From assembly GCA_048772705.1 (NCBI GenBank), contig JBLWGC010000051.1:186001-250000 (forward strand): a stretch of DNA of 64,000 nucleotides, written 5' to 3'. Origin of the DNA: Leidyana gryllorum EB-2025a (taxonomy: Eukaryota > Protista > Apicomplexa). Below, piece by piece: positions 12,001 through 22,106 of the stretch. The notes under the pieces are model-generated. The model was not told where the DNA came from. It worked only from the letters and a program-made list of their open reading frames with translations, and made no database searches. The first letter of the stretch is position 1; each line of letters starts with the position of its first letter. The position numbers were made by a program, and so were the translations under genes.

Positions 12001-15000
12001 TGATGCGCAAAGGCGCCCGGTGGTACAGTCTGGAAATGGCTGCCATCACAACACACACAGGAGCAGAGATCATTAAACGGGCCAAGTGAGAGTCCTTTCG
12101 ATATGCAGGTTTTCGCAATCTTTGAGATCAGGCAGATTTGCGATGGTATCGGCAGTGCGCTGGAACTCGATACTGACGGTGTCTGGACTCTTTTACCTCA
12201 GGGGTTCCCCGACAAGTACGATATCGACTTATGGGTTGATGGACAAGACGCTCCAATCAAGAAACGCTTCTCTTATCCCTGCTGGATGCTTAATGCAGAG
12301 GTTGAGAGGGTTTGGCTAAATCAGCAATATCATCGATTCGACGCGACCCGAGGCGAATACGCCGTCACTGCGGAGAACTCTATCTTTTTCGAGATCGATG
12401 GCCCCTACAAAGCCATGTTCTTGCCGGCTTCGGAAAAAGAAGATCAACAGCTCAAGAAGCGGTAGGTATTGCTGCTTTGCTCCCGGCCATCCGAGGTGTC
12501 ATCGGCCTCAGATATGCTGTCTTTGACTTTGACGACCACCTGGTGGAGCTTAAGGGGTTCGAGCTGAAACGACGTGGCGAATTACAGATCATCAAAATGT
12601 TCCAAGAAGAAGTATTCCCCGCATTTCTCCGCGGCAAATCTCGGCAAGAAATCTATGCCGCCGTGGGGGCTGTTGCCAAGTTGTGGCTTACCTTTCTCTC
12701 CACCAAAGGGAAGGCAATGACTGACTGGCACGACACGGTGGAGTTGCTGAGTGAGAGCAAAACCCTCAGCAAACCCGCTGTCTCGCAAGGCGCGTACAAA
12801 TCCACTGGAATTACGGCTGCCCACCGTCTGACCCAACTGTTGGACGATGAGACGTACATCAAAGACGCTGGTGTCAAGGCTGAATTCGTCTTGAGCGTTA
12901 TGCCGAGCGGGGCAGAGAAGACCAGTCGGGCCGTACCCGTGCTGGTCTTCGACAGCAAACCCGACATACGGGCAGCGTTCTTATCAAAGTGGACTTCCAG
13001 TCATTCTCAGGGAGAGTCGGAGGTGAAACAAGGACTCTTGAAAGCCACAGACCACATGTCCGGCAGCAATGAAAATCTGTGGCAGAAACACCCCCGAGAG
13101 TTCCTCCCTCCCCTTCTGGACTGGGAGTACTACAAGGAGAGATTGAGTGTTGCAATTCAGAAGATTGTGATCATTCCAGCGATAGCACAGTTGCTGAGTA
13201 ACCCCGTTCCAGAGATCCAGCTACCTGAATGGCTGCGGCGGCGGGTCGATGCGAGCCGAGGCCGTCAGCAAAAACTACAATTCGCTCGCATAGGCCGTCC
13301 CGACAAAGCAATCACCACCAAAGAGACCGACACGTCGGACACTGAGCACAGTTCTGCCTCTACCCGTGCTGAGAGCACAGGACCAGCTGCCAAGACTGTC
13401 GCGCTCAAAAGCTCCGACCGTAGGCTACCAAAGGTCGGACCGGATGACCATCAAAGTTTGGCTGCATTCGTCAAAGCAATGCGCCCCCTCTGGGAAACCT
13501 ATAGAAGAGTGAGTTGCCAAATGTCTCAAACTCCCTCTCTCTCACTCACTCGCCTCTATCAAAGGGTCTCAAGCTGGAAGATCGTTTTTGTGTGCGAGGG
13601 CAGAATGATCACGTGTCGTCGCAGAAGGACACTTTGTTGTTATTGGACCTGAATCCGAGGTCTCTGCTGGCTGCCGATGGGACTCTGTGGGCCACGGTGA
13701 AACCACTCGATAGCCATCGGACGTATAGGACGCTTGTGCATCACCCACGTACACTCTACGTTGTGGGTGACATAGATCAAGCTCGACTAAGAGAGAAGAT
13801 TGAGTGTCTGGACGAGAAAGGGAAGGGCCATGTGGCATTTGGGTCCCAAATCGTCACGATCTTCGGAACCTCAAATCCTGTGACTCTCACCACTCTAACA
13901 TTGCCCACCCCCACATTGGCTCAACTGCATCATCTGTTTCTGGATGGCACTTTGATGAAAGGAGGCGAGGGACAGATTCTGAATATTCCGTTTCGTACAT
14001 CATTCATGTCTCTGGTAGAGCTCGGTGAGCCCCGGACTGGAGGTCCTCAATCACACAGACGTCTGATTGTAGGCTCCTACGTGCGACTGGCCGAGACGCC
14101 GTGGGGGAGTCCCTGTCTTCAGCGTCAAGACGCCTTGTTTCGATCGAAAATAGGAGACGCTTCATTCGCAATGGACGTCGTCGTTGACACTCTTCAACCA
14201 CAGGGCAGGTATGACTTGACGGTAATGTGTTGAATACTAACTGTATCGCCTGCGCGCGGGGATCAGGTACACATGTGTTCATGTCGCGGTCGATAGCTTG
14301 GTCAACACCTCACGCATAGCTCTGGGAGCTACCGTAACACACGAGACGAGGCGCGTACCGACTGCGGCTAGTCTCAAGACTCTATCGCGTACATTGTTGC
14401 GATTCCTGGCGGACACAAACGACTCTGCGGACACCAGCAACATCAATATCCATATTAGTCCGCCGCTGATTGTCAGAGGAGTGGAGGGGATCATCAATGA
14501 GATTTCTCGCCTAAGTCGGTTCGAAGCCATGCAGTGTCGACCGCCCATGGCCCACTTGATCGGCTATCCCGAACAACTCGCATCGGTGAGTCTCCTATTT
14601 ATCAGCTTCCCGACGACACTATGTGCTGCAGCAAATCGACTACGCTTTGGAGGACTCAAGTATTCGTGTTGGTGATCTCAAGCCAGGCAGTGTTCGCGTG
14701 CTGTTCGAAGTTGAACCTGTTGCAGTGAGTGGTCAGGTTGTGGACCGTGAAGGGTGAGACAGCAAAAATGGACTGACATTGATGTGACGAATCACTCTTG
14801 ACAGCGCCTCTCTGAGTCGGGTGGTGGAAGCATTCAAGTGGACGTACACACGTGGCAAGCGCAGTTGTCTGTACCAAACTGACCTTCCAATGGCAGTTGC
14901 CTGGCGTACAGCGCTTCAAAAGACTGACGATACCAATCTCATGTTCGACATCAACATTGCGAAGCGACTGATGGAACGAGACGAGATTTTCAGGTCCCCA

Positions 15001-16804
15001 TGTGATGAAGGCCCGTACAAAACCGCTGTGGACATCTTGGAGAGAGACACTTTGACACCACTCCTGGGGGGCCCAGTACATGACGGAACACAGATGAAGG
15101 AAATGAGTCGTATTCTCCCAGACATTGCTTCATATGTACCTCGCATTATGACTTCTGGGGTGCATCGGGATCAAATAGTGCACTTCCGCTTCACCCGTCC
15201 CGTAAGCAACGTCGATGGAATTTCTCCCAAGTTGTGATGTGCCAGGCTGCACTCCACGCTTTGTTGCGTCTGCCCCAACTTGCTCGGATGTATCATATAC
15301 CAGTGTCCGATGCCAGGATACTGACACAAGATCGCGCGTACTTTGTGGACAAGAAGCGGTCTGACACGGACCAAAAGGTTAAGACACTACAGGCGGACCC
15401 AACAGTGATCCAACTGATGTTCATTAGAGACACATTGCTCAAGAGCCATCTCATACACGTAAGTGGCCGAGTCACCCGCGGATTCATTTGGTTGAAAAAC
15501 GTACAGTCGCACACCCAGTGTCTCTCCTGGCTGTTGGATCAGACCGCCACCATCCATGACGATGTCTGGGCGCTCGAACTTTTCTTCAAATGGACTCCGT
15601 TGCTCCTGCGAGCCCTCGTTCTGCAATGTGCCGCAATATCGAAGAAGGTCGGACAACCCATATCCCCTGTGGCTATATGGCCTGACGGTGCTCTCGTGAA
15701 GTTCCCTACGAGTGCCCCCAATAGAGCTCGACAAGCGGCAGAGGTCTTGAGGGCAAAGTTGGAGGGCGACAGCGTGTTGGCAGGCTTGGTCGATCCAGAT
15801 CACTTGGCACAGTATCGACATGGGGTGCAACTGGACTACAGAAACTGTTTATACATCGATAACGCTGGAGAGATTGGACATTTGACTCTTCCAGCCCTCA
15901 ACAGCCTCCCAGACGCTCTGGCTGGACGCATTGAGGAGTGAGCAATCAATTAGATGGGCTCTGAGTGATTTATTTCGTATAGGTTGGTAGTCCAATTCCT
16001 AGAGGAGCCCTTGAGGCTTGCGGCAACTAGGACTGAGAAGCGCACACCAAGTCGCGCAGAGATTCAAGGTGCTGCGCGGGACTACATATTCGGAGAATGG
16101 ACAGAGAAGGTACAGATCTCACCAGCGGACTTGGACACAGACGATCTTATGGCCTTCCAAGAGTGTATCGGTTCGCTGTCAATTGCTCGCTCCAAGATAG
16201 CTCCACTGAGCTGCGCTAACAATCTTCTACTCAGACTTACAAGTTTGGATCCCGCCTTCTCAGAGTGTGAAGAGGAAGCCAAAAAAGCGTGGTGTGGTGA
16301 GGCCAACCTCCAAGAGGATGATTTTGCCTTCGAGCAACCTTACTCCGCTACCATCCCCATCGTCCTGAGTCATCTGGTCTGCGATAACTGCCACCATGTT
16401 GAGAGCATTGACCTGTCTGAGGGCGCTCCGTCCTGCCTGTAAGTCACACAACTCCGCCATTGATGGGGATTCGATCAGGAAATGTGGGACGAGTCATCGC
16501 GAAGAAGCCATAGAAGCCCGGCTGGTCACCATTGTCGAGAGCGCGATAATGGCCTGGCAAGCTCGTGACGTTATCTGCGGAAAGTGCAAACAGCTGCGGC
16601 ATCTCAGAACCGCTATATCGTGCAACTGCGGAGGGCGTTTTGAGTATCAGACAACAGAAATTGATCTTCGGTACGGGCATAGGAGAATGAATACCTGTCA
16701 ATATCTATTTCAGCCTGCTGTTCGCCTCTTTGCGTCCGATCTGCGACGAAAATGGATTCCAATGGCTCCAATCAGTCCTCCTCTGGGGCGAAGATATGCT
16801 CTAA
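9085..16804 (+). CDS. POL2: DNA polymerase epsilon catalytic subunit A, many short introns
   Basis: Exo[83 protein letters not shown]-terminal Cys zinc/Fe-S motifs (CDNC; CGKC..CNC). Confidence 0.96.
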
Positions 16805-17101
16805 CCAGTCTGTTGAACTCCAGAACCACCAAATAGCAACACTCATTCCAGCAAAAGGCCTTATCGCAAGGCACTGCCACATGGTGTTCCGCCCCTCTCC
16901 TCAGTCTAGCTATGACACTACCGCAAACCGCAAAGCCCCAACCCTGCAGAAAAAGGTAGTCGGAGTGCAGCAAAATCTACATTTCTAATTATAAAGTTGA
17001 CCGCCTGGCAGGTTGAATGCATGAGAATGATGTACAGCTTTACAGTTGTTGTAGGAATACTCACAGTTGAGCGGCGCTCGGCCAACTTAAGCAGTAAGGC
17101 A

Positions 17102-17983
17102 GTCAGAGTGGTAGTGCATGATGTATCCTCGTCACGGATGTCGGAGGAAATGGGTGAAATCAAATCATCATTGTGAGACATGAATATCTTAGCCAAGATG
17201 GTCAGAGTGGTAGTGCATGATGTATCCTCGTCACGGACGTCGGAGGAAATGGGTGATATCAAATCATCATTTCTGGCATGAATGTATTAGTCGATAGTCA
17301 GAGTGGTAGTGCATGATGTATCCTCGTCACGGACGTCGGAGGAAATGGGTGATATCAAATCATCATTTCTGGCATGAACGAATCGGTCAAGATAGTCAGA
17401 GTGGTAGTGCATGATGTATCCTCGTCACGGACGTCGGAGGAAATGGGTGATATCAAATCATCATTTCTGGCATGAATTAATTAGTCGAGATAGTCAGAGT
17501 GGTAGTGCATGATGTATCCTCGTCACGGACGTCGGAGGAAATGGGTGATATCAAATCATCATTTCTGGCATGAATTAATTAGTCGAGATAGTCAGAGTGG
17601 TAGTGCATGATGTATCCTCGTCACGGACGTCGGAGGAAATGGGTGATATCAAATCATCATTTCTGGCATGAATTAATTAGTCGAGATAGTCAGAGTGGTA
17701 GTGCATGATGTATCCTCGTCACGGACGTCGGAGGAAATTGGTGATATCAAATCATCACATTAGTCGAACCACACACAGCACACACGGTACTTAGCAGCTA
17801 TGATTTGTCGTCGAAATCAGAGTGGTAGTGCATGATATATCCTCTTCACAGACGTCGGACAAGATTGGGTGATATCAAAACATCATCTTACATGAATGCA
17901 TTAGTCAAGATAGTCAGAGTGGTAGTGCATGATGTATCCTCGTCACAGACGTCGGAGGAAATTGGGTGATATCAAATCATCAT
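17102..17983 (-). ncRNA. Tandem array of 9 box C/D snoRNA genes, U33/snR55-like
   Basis: Units start on + at about 17102, 17201, 17297, 17395, 17493, 17591, 17689, 17816, 17913 (period 96-99 bp, one longer spacer). Minus-strand unit: ATGATGA (C) tttgatatcacccatttcct CCGA (D') cgtcc GTGACGA (C') ggatacat CATGCACTACCACT CTGA (D); the guide pairs with conserved SSU GGUGGUGGUGCAUG. Confidence 0.85.
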
Positions 17984-18027
17984 CCGAAGGGGATTACGGC
18001 ATAGCAGAAGAACATTAGATAGGCACC

Positions 18028-18058
18028 TTGCATGGCACGTGCACGTTGTGAAAAATTT
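18028..18058. promoter_or_regulatory. Putative bidirectional promoter core between the snoRNA array and mscL
   Basis: TTGCATGGCACGTGCACG packs TGCATG, CACGTG and GTGCAC, followed by AAAAATTT, inside a 91-bp divergent spacer. Confidence 0.4.
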
Positions 18059-18074
18059 GAATAGGTTTGTGGAA

Positions 18075-18689
18075 ATGGGGTGCGGCTGTTGTGCAGGTTT
18101 TCGAGATTTTATTTTCCGAGGAAATGTTGTAGACATCGCTGTTGGCCTGGTGGTTGGTGCAGCATTCAAGGATGTCGTGGACGCTTTAGTTGCCGATTTG
18201 CTGACTCCCTTAATCGGCATATTCGGAGACATACCCGACTTCTCGAAAGAAACCTTCTCTATCAGAGGTAGCACCTTTACTTATGGGCACTTCGTGAATG
18301 TGGTCATTTCTTTCCTTATTCTGGCTCTCGTCATCTATTGCTGTGTCATCATGCCGATGAACAAGATCAATCATATGAGAGGGCTCGACAAGCCGACGAC
18401 TGAACCATGTCCCTTCTGCTGTAGCGACATTGGTCTTGAGGCGAAAGTCTGTCCTAATTGTACTCGTGATTTGCCAGTGAAACCCCCAGTAGAAGAGTCA
18501 GTGGATGTGAAAAAGAAATCGGGCAGTTTGGGGGACAGATTGATGAGTCTGACGGGGCGAAAGTCCGCTGAGAAGGCACCTGAGCCAGCCGCAAAGCAAG
18601 AAGGGAATCCGATTGCGGACGGAATGGCGGCGAAGGCAGATCAACAAGCAGCCTCTTCTGGGGTCAAAACTCAACCTCCACCGAAGTGA
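18075..18689 (+). CDS. mscL: Large-conductance mechanosensitive channel MscL with C-terminal zinc ribbon, intronless
   Basis: FRDFIFRGNVVDIAVGLVVGAAFKDVVDALVADLLTPLIG (S1/TM1), YGHFVNVVISFLILALVIY (TM2), CPFC..CPNCT. Confidence 0.93.
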   Translation: MGCGCCAGFRDFIFRGNVVDIAVGLVVGAAFKDVVDALVADLLTPLIGIFGDIPDFSKETFSIRGSTFTYGHFVNVVISFLILALVIYCCVIMPMNKINHMRGLDKPTTEPCPFCCSDIGLEAKVCPNCTRDLPVKPPVEESVDVKKKSGSLGDRLMSLTGRKSAEKAPEPAAKQEGNPIADGMAAKADQQAASSGVKTQPPPK

Positions 18690-18720
18690 TCATTTTCCTT
18701 TTTGACAAACTGTCCGATGC

Positions 18721-20235
18721 ATGGGGTATGAGCTCCTGGAGTTTTCAAGCGGCGTAGTGCTGCTGTTGGCACTTGTCTTGGTAGCGGGGCGTAAAGGCGC
18801 AAATCAGATTGGTCCACCAGCTTGCTTGGCACTGTTGATCTATGTGTACGCGGCACCATCCACTTATCTGGCTGACCCTCCGATGGTCACCATCAAGATG
18901 GCTTTGGCGTCGGGTTTTGCCGTGGCCGCTTTGGAGAGAAGTGGAGGGATGGACTACTGTCAGTATTGGCAATTAAAACTACTACAACGATGGCCCAGAC
19001 TAACGGGCTGTATTGCCCCTTGTCTGGCTTTCCTAAATGGTCTGCTGGGCGACAACCTACAGCTCACAAACCGTATACTTGTTGATGTGGCACACACATA
19101 TCGCGCGCGATCTCAGCCTTGTGGCCACGTGGTGGCCACTGGAATAGTCGCGGGTTTTCTAGCGAATACCTGTCTGCCTCTAGGTGCTCCACTACTCTAC
19201 ATGGCTGACACGCTCCCTCTTTTGAGCCGGGGGCACCGCAGCTATCGAGATATGTGTTTCCGCCTGCTTTGCGGGAACTTGCTGGGCATTCTGACAACCA
19301 TATTACTGCTGGAGGGCGTGACACGAATGTGTATCTGGATGAAGCTCAAGCAAGGCAAGCTTACAGAGCATTCGCAGGCTGCACAGGACGGTGATCAATA
19401 CTCGACTGACCTGGAGGGTGTCGTATTGGGGCACACTCTTGAAGCTTGCGCCGCCGTTGTCCAGAGCGCCCCCCCCGCCGTTGGAGACGTCAGTCCCGAG
19501 TCGACCACAACCAGAGAGCTGCGCAGCGAGCCTGTTCTGACTACAGTCCGAATAGAGGAACGAGATGTTGTTGTCACCGACTCGTCTCTCAACAGGGATG
19601 AAAAGCGTGGTAACGGGATGGCTGCAATTACCTTCGTCGGGCTCTGGACAACCCTATTGTTATTTCAGTTGATCGTTCCAGTGGAACGTATGACTGCTGT
19701 AAGGACGTCAAGATACGATGCTGCGCTCTGCTGGATGATGGTGATGACGGTGGGAGTGTGTTGGGTTGGACGCACCCCGGTTGCCACCGTTTTTGCCAGC
19801 CCAGTCGCGGGCGGGATAGGTGTCGGTGTGCTGACGGTTATGGGCATGGCGTGGCTTACGGGGACTGTTTATGGTATACTCCTGCGGCAGGTCACGTTCC
19901 AACATAATGCTTCCCCTAATCAACTACCGCCTGTGCTGTACATGTTGGTGATCGGATCAGCGGGAGCATTGTTCTTCTCTCCTGCATCGGCGGCTGTGTT
20001 GGCAACAGAACTGTACGGCCGCAGCTCGTTCTCGGACAAATGGCTTCTGACTTCATTTCCTCTATTCGCCTTGTTCTTGGTATGGGGATTGACTCCGCCA
20101 ATGGAGGGCGTTGCGGCTGCTGTCGGGCCCCAGGAGATCTCATTGCACCGACCCGGGGGTTACCACTCGTTCCTCGTCCCCTCCGTCCTCTCGATCGCCT
20201 TCACGTGTCAGTTTGTGTATATATTGGCTTGCTAA
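18721..20235 (+). CDS. Divergent anaerobic C4-dicarboxylate transporter (DcuA/DcuB family), intronless
   Basis: Multi-TM protein; LLLALVLVAGRKG, ALERSGGMDY..KLLQRWPRLTGCIAP, GVLTVMGMAWL and C-terminal HSFLVPSVLSI align with recalled DcuA/B blocks. Confidence 0.72.
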   Translation: MGYELLEFSSGVVLLLALVLVAGRKGANQIGPPACLALLIYVYAAPSTYLADPPMVTIKMALASGFAVAALERSGGMDYCQYWQLKLLQRWPRLTGCIAPCLAFLNGLLGDNLQLTNRILVDVAHTYRARSQPCGHVVATGIVAGFLANTCLPLGAPLLYMADTLPLLSRGHRSYRDMCFRLLCGNLLGILTTILLLEGVTRMCIWMKLKQGKLTEHSQAAQDGDQYSTDLEGVVLGHTLEACAAVVQSAPPAVGDVSPESTTTRELRSEPVLTTVRIEERDVVVTDSSLNRDEKRGNGMAAITFVGLWTTLLLFQLIVPVERMTAVRTSRYDAALCWMMVMTVGVCWVGRTPVATVFASPVAGGIGVGVLTVMGMAWLTGTVYGILLRQVTFQHNASPNQLPPVLYMLVIGSAGALFFSPASAAVLATELYGRSSFSDKWLLTSFPLFALFLVWGLTPPMEGVAAAVGPQEISLHRPGGYHSFLVPSVLSIAFTCQFVYILAC

Positions 20236-22070
20236 CGGCGCATTGTTAATGGCTTCCTTGGTCAAGCCAATATCGTGAGTCCTGATCAAAATCAAGGATT
20301 CAGCAGACAATTTCTGTGCCACTGGAATCAACAAAAGGCCCAAGTAGTCGCGACGTGTCTGCCACGTCATATCCTTCCAATGATCTTCAACGCGCTTTTT
20401 CCACCCTTTGAAGTGGTCTTGCGATACAAACTGACGACAATCGTCCGTTGCTTCCAATTGATGATTGACCAACCGGTCAAGAAATCTACTCCAGGATGGA
20501 ATGGGAACAACAACACCGATCAGATCTCACTGTTTTCGCGACCACCCGAGACAAATAACGGGGATTCTTCGGGGCCACAACTCAATCCATTTCCCTTCCA
20601 GTATTTCGAGATTCTGTGCACCCCCCTTCGCGAAGCCTATGCCGGGGTCCATGATGACGCGCCATCTTCGCACTCCAAGTCGTACAGCTTTATTAACTTT
20701 CGCCTTTAGTTCAGACATCACTTCTTCCGACAAATTGCCATATTCTGCTGATTGAACAATGCCATCAACATTCTGGTCAGACTGCGGCTCACTTTTCAAC
20801 CCAGTCATAGTCTGCGGATCTCCCCGACAGTGACTGACAATGACGGTGCACTGGTGTCGCGCTGCCACGCGGATCAATGGTTCCCATGTAGGTAGAGTCG
20901 GATCAGAGACGTCATTCAACTTGAAAACAAGTCTCACACACTGACTAGGGAGCGGTGGGTGGACTCACATTAGTACGAGGAAACATGGAACAGATTGTGT
21001 CCAGCACTTCCGCGTGACGAGTATCCACGAATAGGGGTACCATTTGGGCACGAAGCCCCCACGCTGCCAGAACGGGAATCAATCGCTCCTTTTCCTCTTG
21101 AGAAGATATTGGTTGTGCACCAGGACGGGTGGATTCGGCCCCCACATCGATGGCATCTGCTCCGGCTTGTATGAAGCGGGCCATTTCGTTGACTGCTTTC
21201 GATGCTTCTGAAGAAAGGGCTACATACGCCGTGCGAAGAGGAGCCTACGTTCGGCAGTGGGAGACCTACTGCCATCACTGATGAAGCGGCCACCATCACT
21301 GAAGCTATCGGGGGTGACATTTAGGACTCCCATCGTCTTTATCCGGCCTTTACATTGCCATAAACGTGGACCAACAGCCACGACACTACAGGGCCACACT
21401 AGTTAGCGAATGTCTAGCACAATACTTACGTGTGTGTAGCAATGTTTCCAGGACCGTCCTTACGTGCACGCAGATTCGCGAGAAGAGACTTGAACAACCA
21501 AGTTAGAGAGCAGAACCCGCTTAGCAAAACCCTTACTATGGCTGGTCGATGAAGTTCAAGATCGACCAAGACCTCAGGATTTAGGTCACACAATGGTTCC
21601 AACACAAAAGTTCGCTCAGAGGCGCGAATATGGGGGAGGCGGAGAGCCCACTTGAGGCGGATATGTTCTCCAGAACACATTTGACCACAGCGGCTGTCCA
21701 GCAAAATCATGTTGCCTGAGATTTTATCACGAGCGCAGACAATATCGAGATCGATTGTTCGATCTGCTGCAAAGACTCGTCCGAGAGTAGCAGGAGGACG
21801 ACCTAACTGTTCCTCGATCGACTGGAGTTTTGAGAGCAATTTATTGAGATGACAATCAACACATTCCATAGTCGAATGCGGCCCACATTCAAGCCGTATG
21901 ACAGCATTGAGGTACTTAGGGGCTGTCTGGGAGGTATAAGCGGCTTCTGTCTCGTACAGACATGAGGAGTCAGCGATACGATAACCATTTGCCTCTATAA
22001 GCCCACATGCTTGCTCGATGTTGGCCAGACGACTGCCCAAGTTGGAGCCTGCTGCAACCCACACCTCCAT
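20140..22070 (-). CDS. Bifunctional HPPK-DHPS (folate synthesis), multi-exon
   Basis: HPPK: AAGSNLG, LYETEA, YLNAV, RTIDLDI, LPH..ERTFVLEPL. DHPS: GVLNVTPDSFSDGG, IDVGAESTRPGA, NDVS, DPGIGFAK, SRK, RTHD. Confidence 0.95.
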
Positions 22071-22106
22071 AGATCAAAAAAATTTGTGCACCCTGCAAGG
22101 AGCAGG

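Noticed and set aside
9085-16804. Fragmented polymerase suggesting a pseudogene, intein or viral/Polinton polymerase
   Set aside because: Breaks coincide with GT-AG introns and the motifs are those of cellular Pol epsilon
16918-17262. 114-aa ORF with duplicated ISPISSD..DEDTSCTTTLT
   Set aside because: Incidental translation of two snoRNA repeat units
17468-17490. Branchpoint/3' splice-like GACTAAT...CCAG in array spacers (minus strand)
   Set aside because: No matching 5' splice site in each unit and not kept in all spacers; insufficient to claim intronic or spliceosomal processing
17102-17983. CRISPR array
   Set aside because: Repeat is about 69 nt, spacers are related or identical to each other, there are no cas genes, the context is eukaryotic, and C/D boxes explain the conserved core
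18075-20235. Bacterial contamination explaining mscL and dcu
   Set aside because: Flanked tightly by snoRNAs and an intron-containing gene that overlaps dcu, with a eukaryote-style MGCGCC leader; read-level confirmation is still needed
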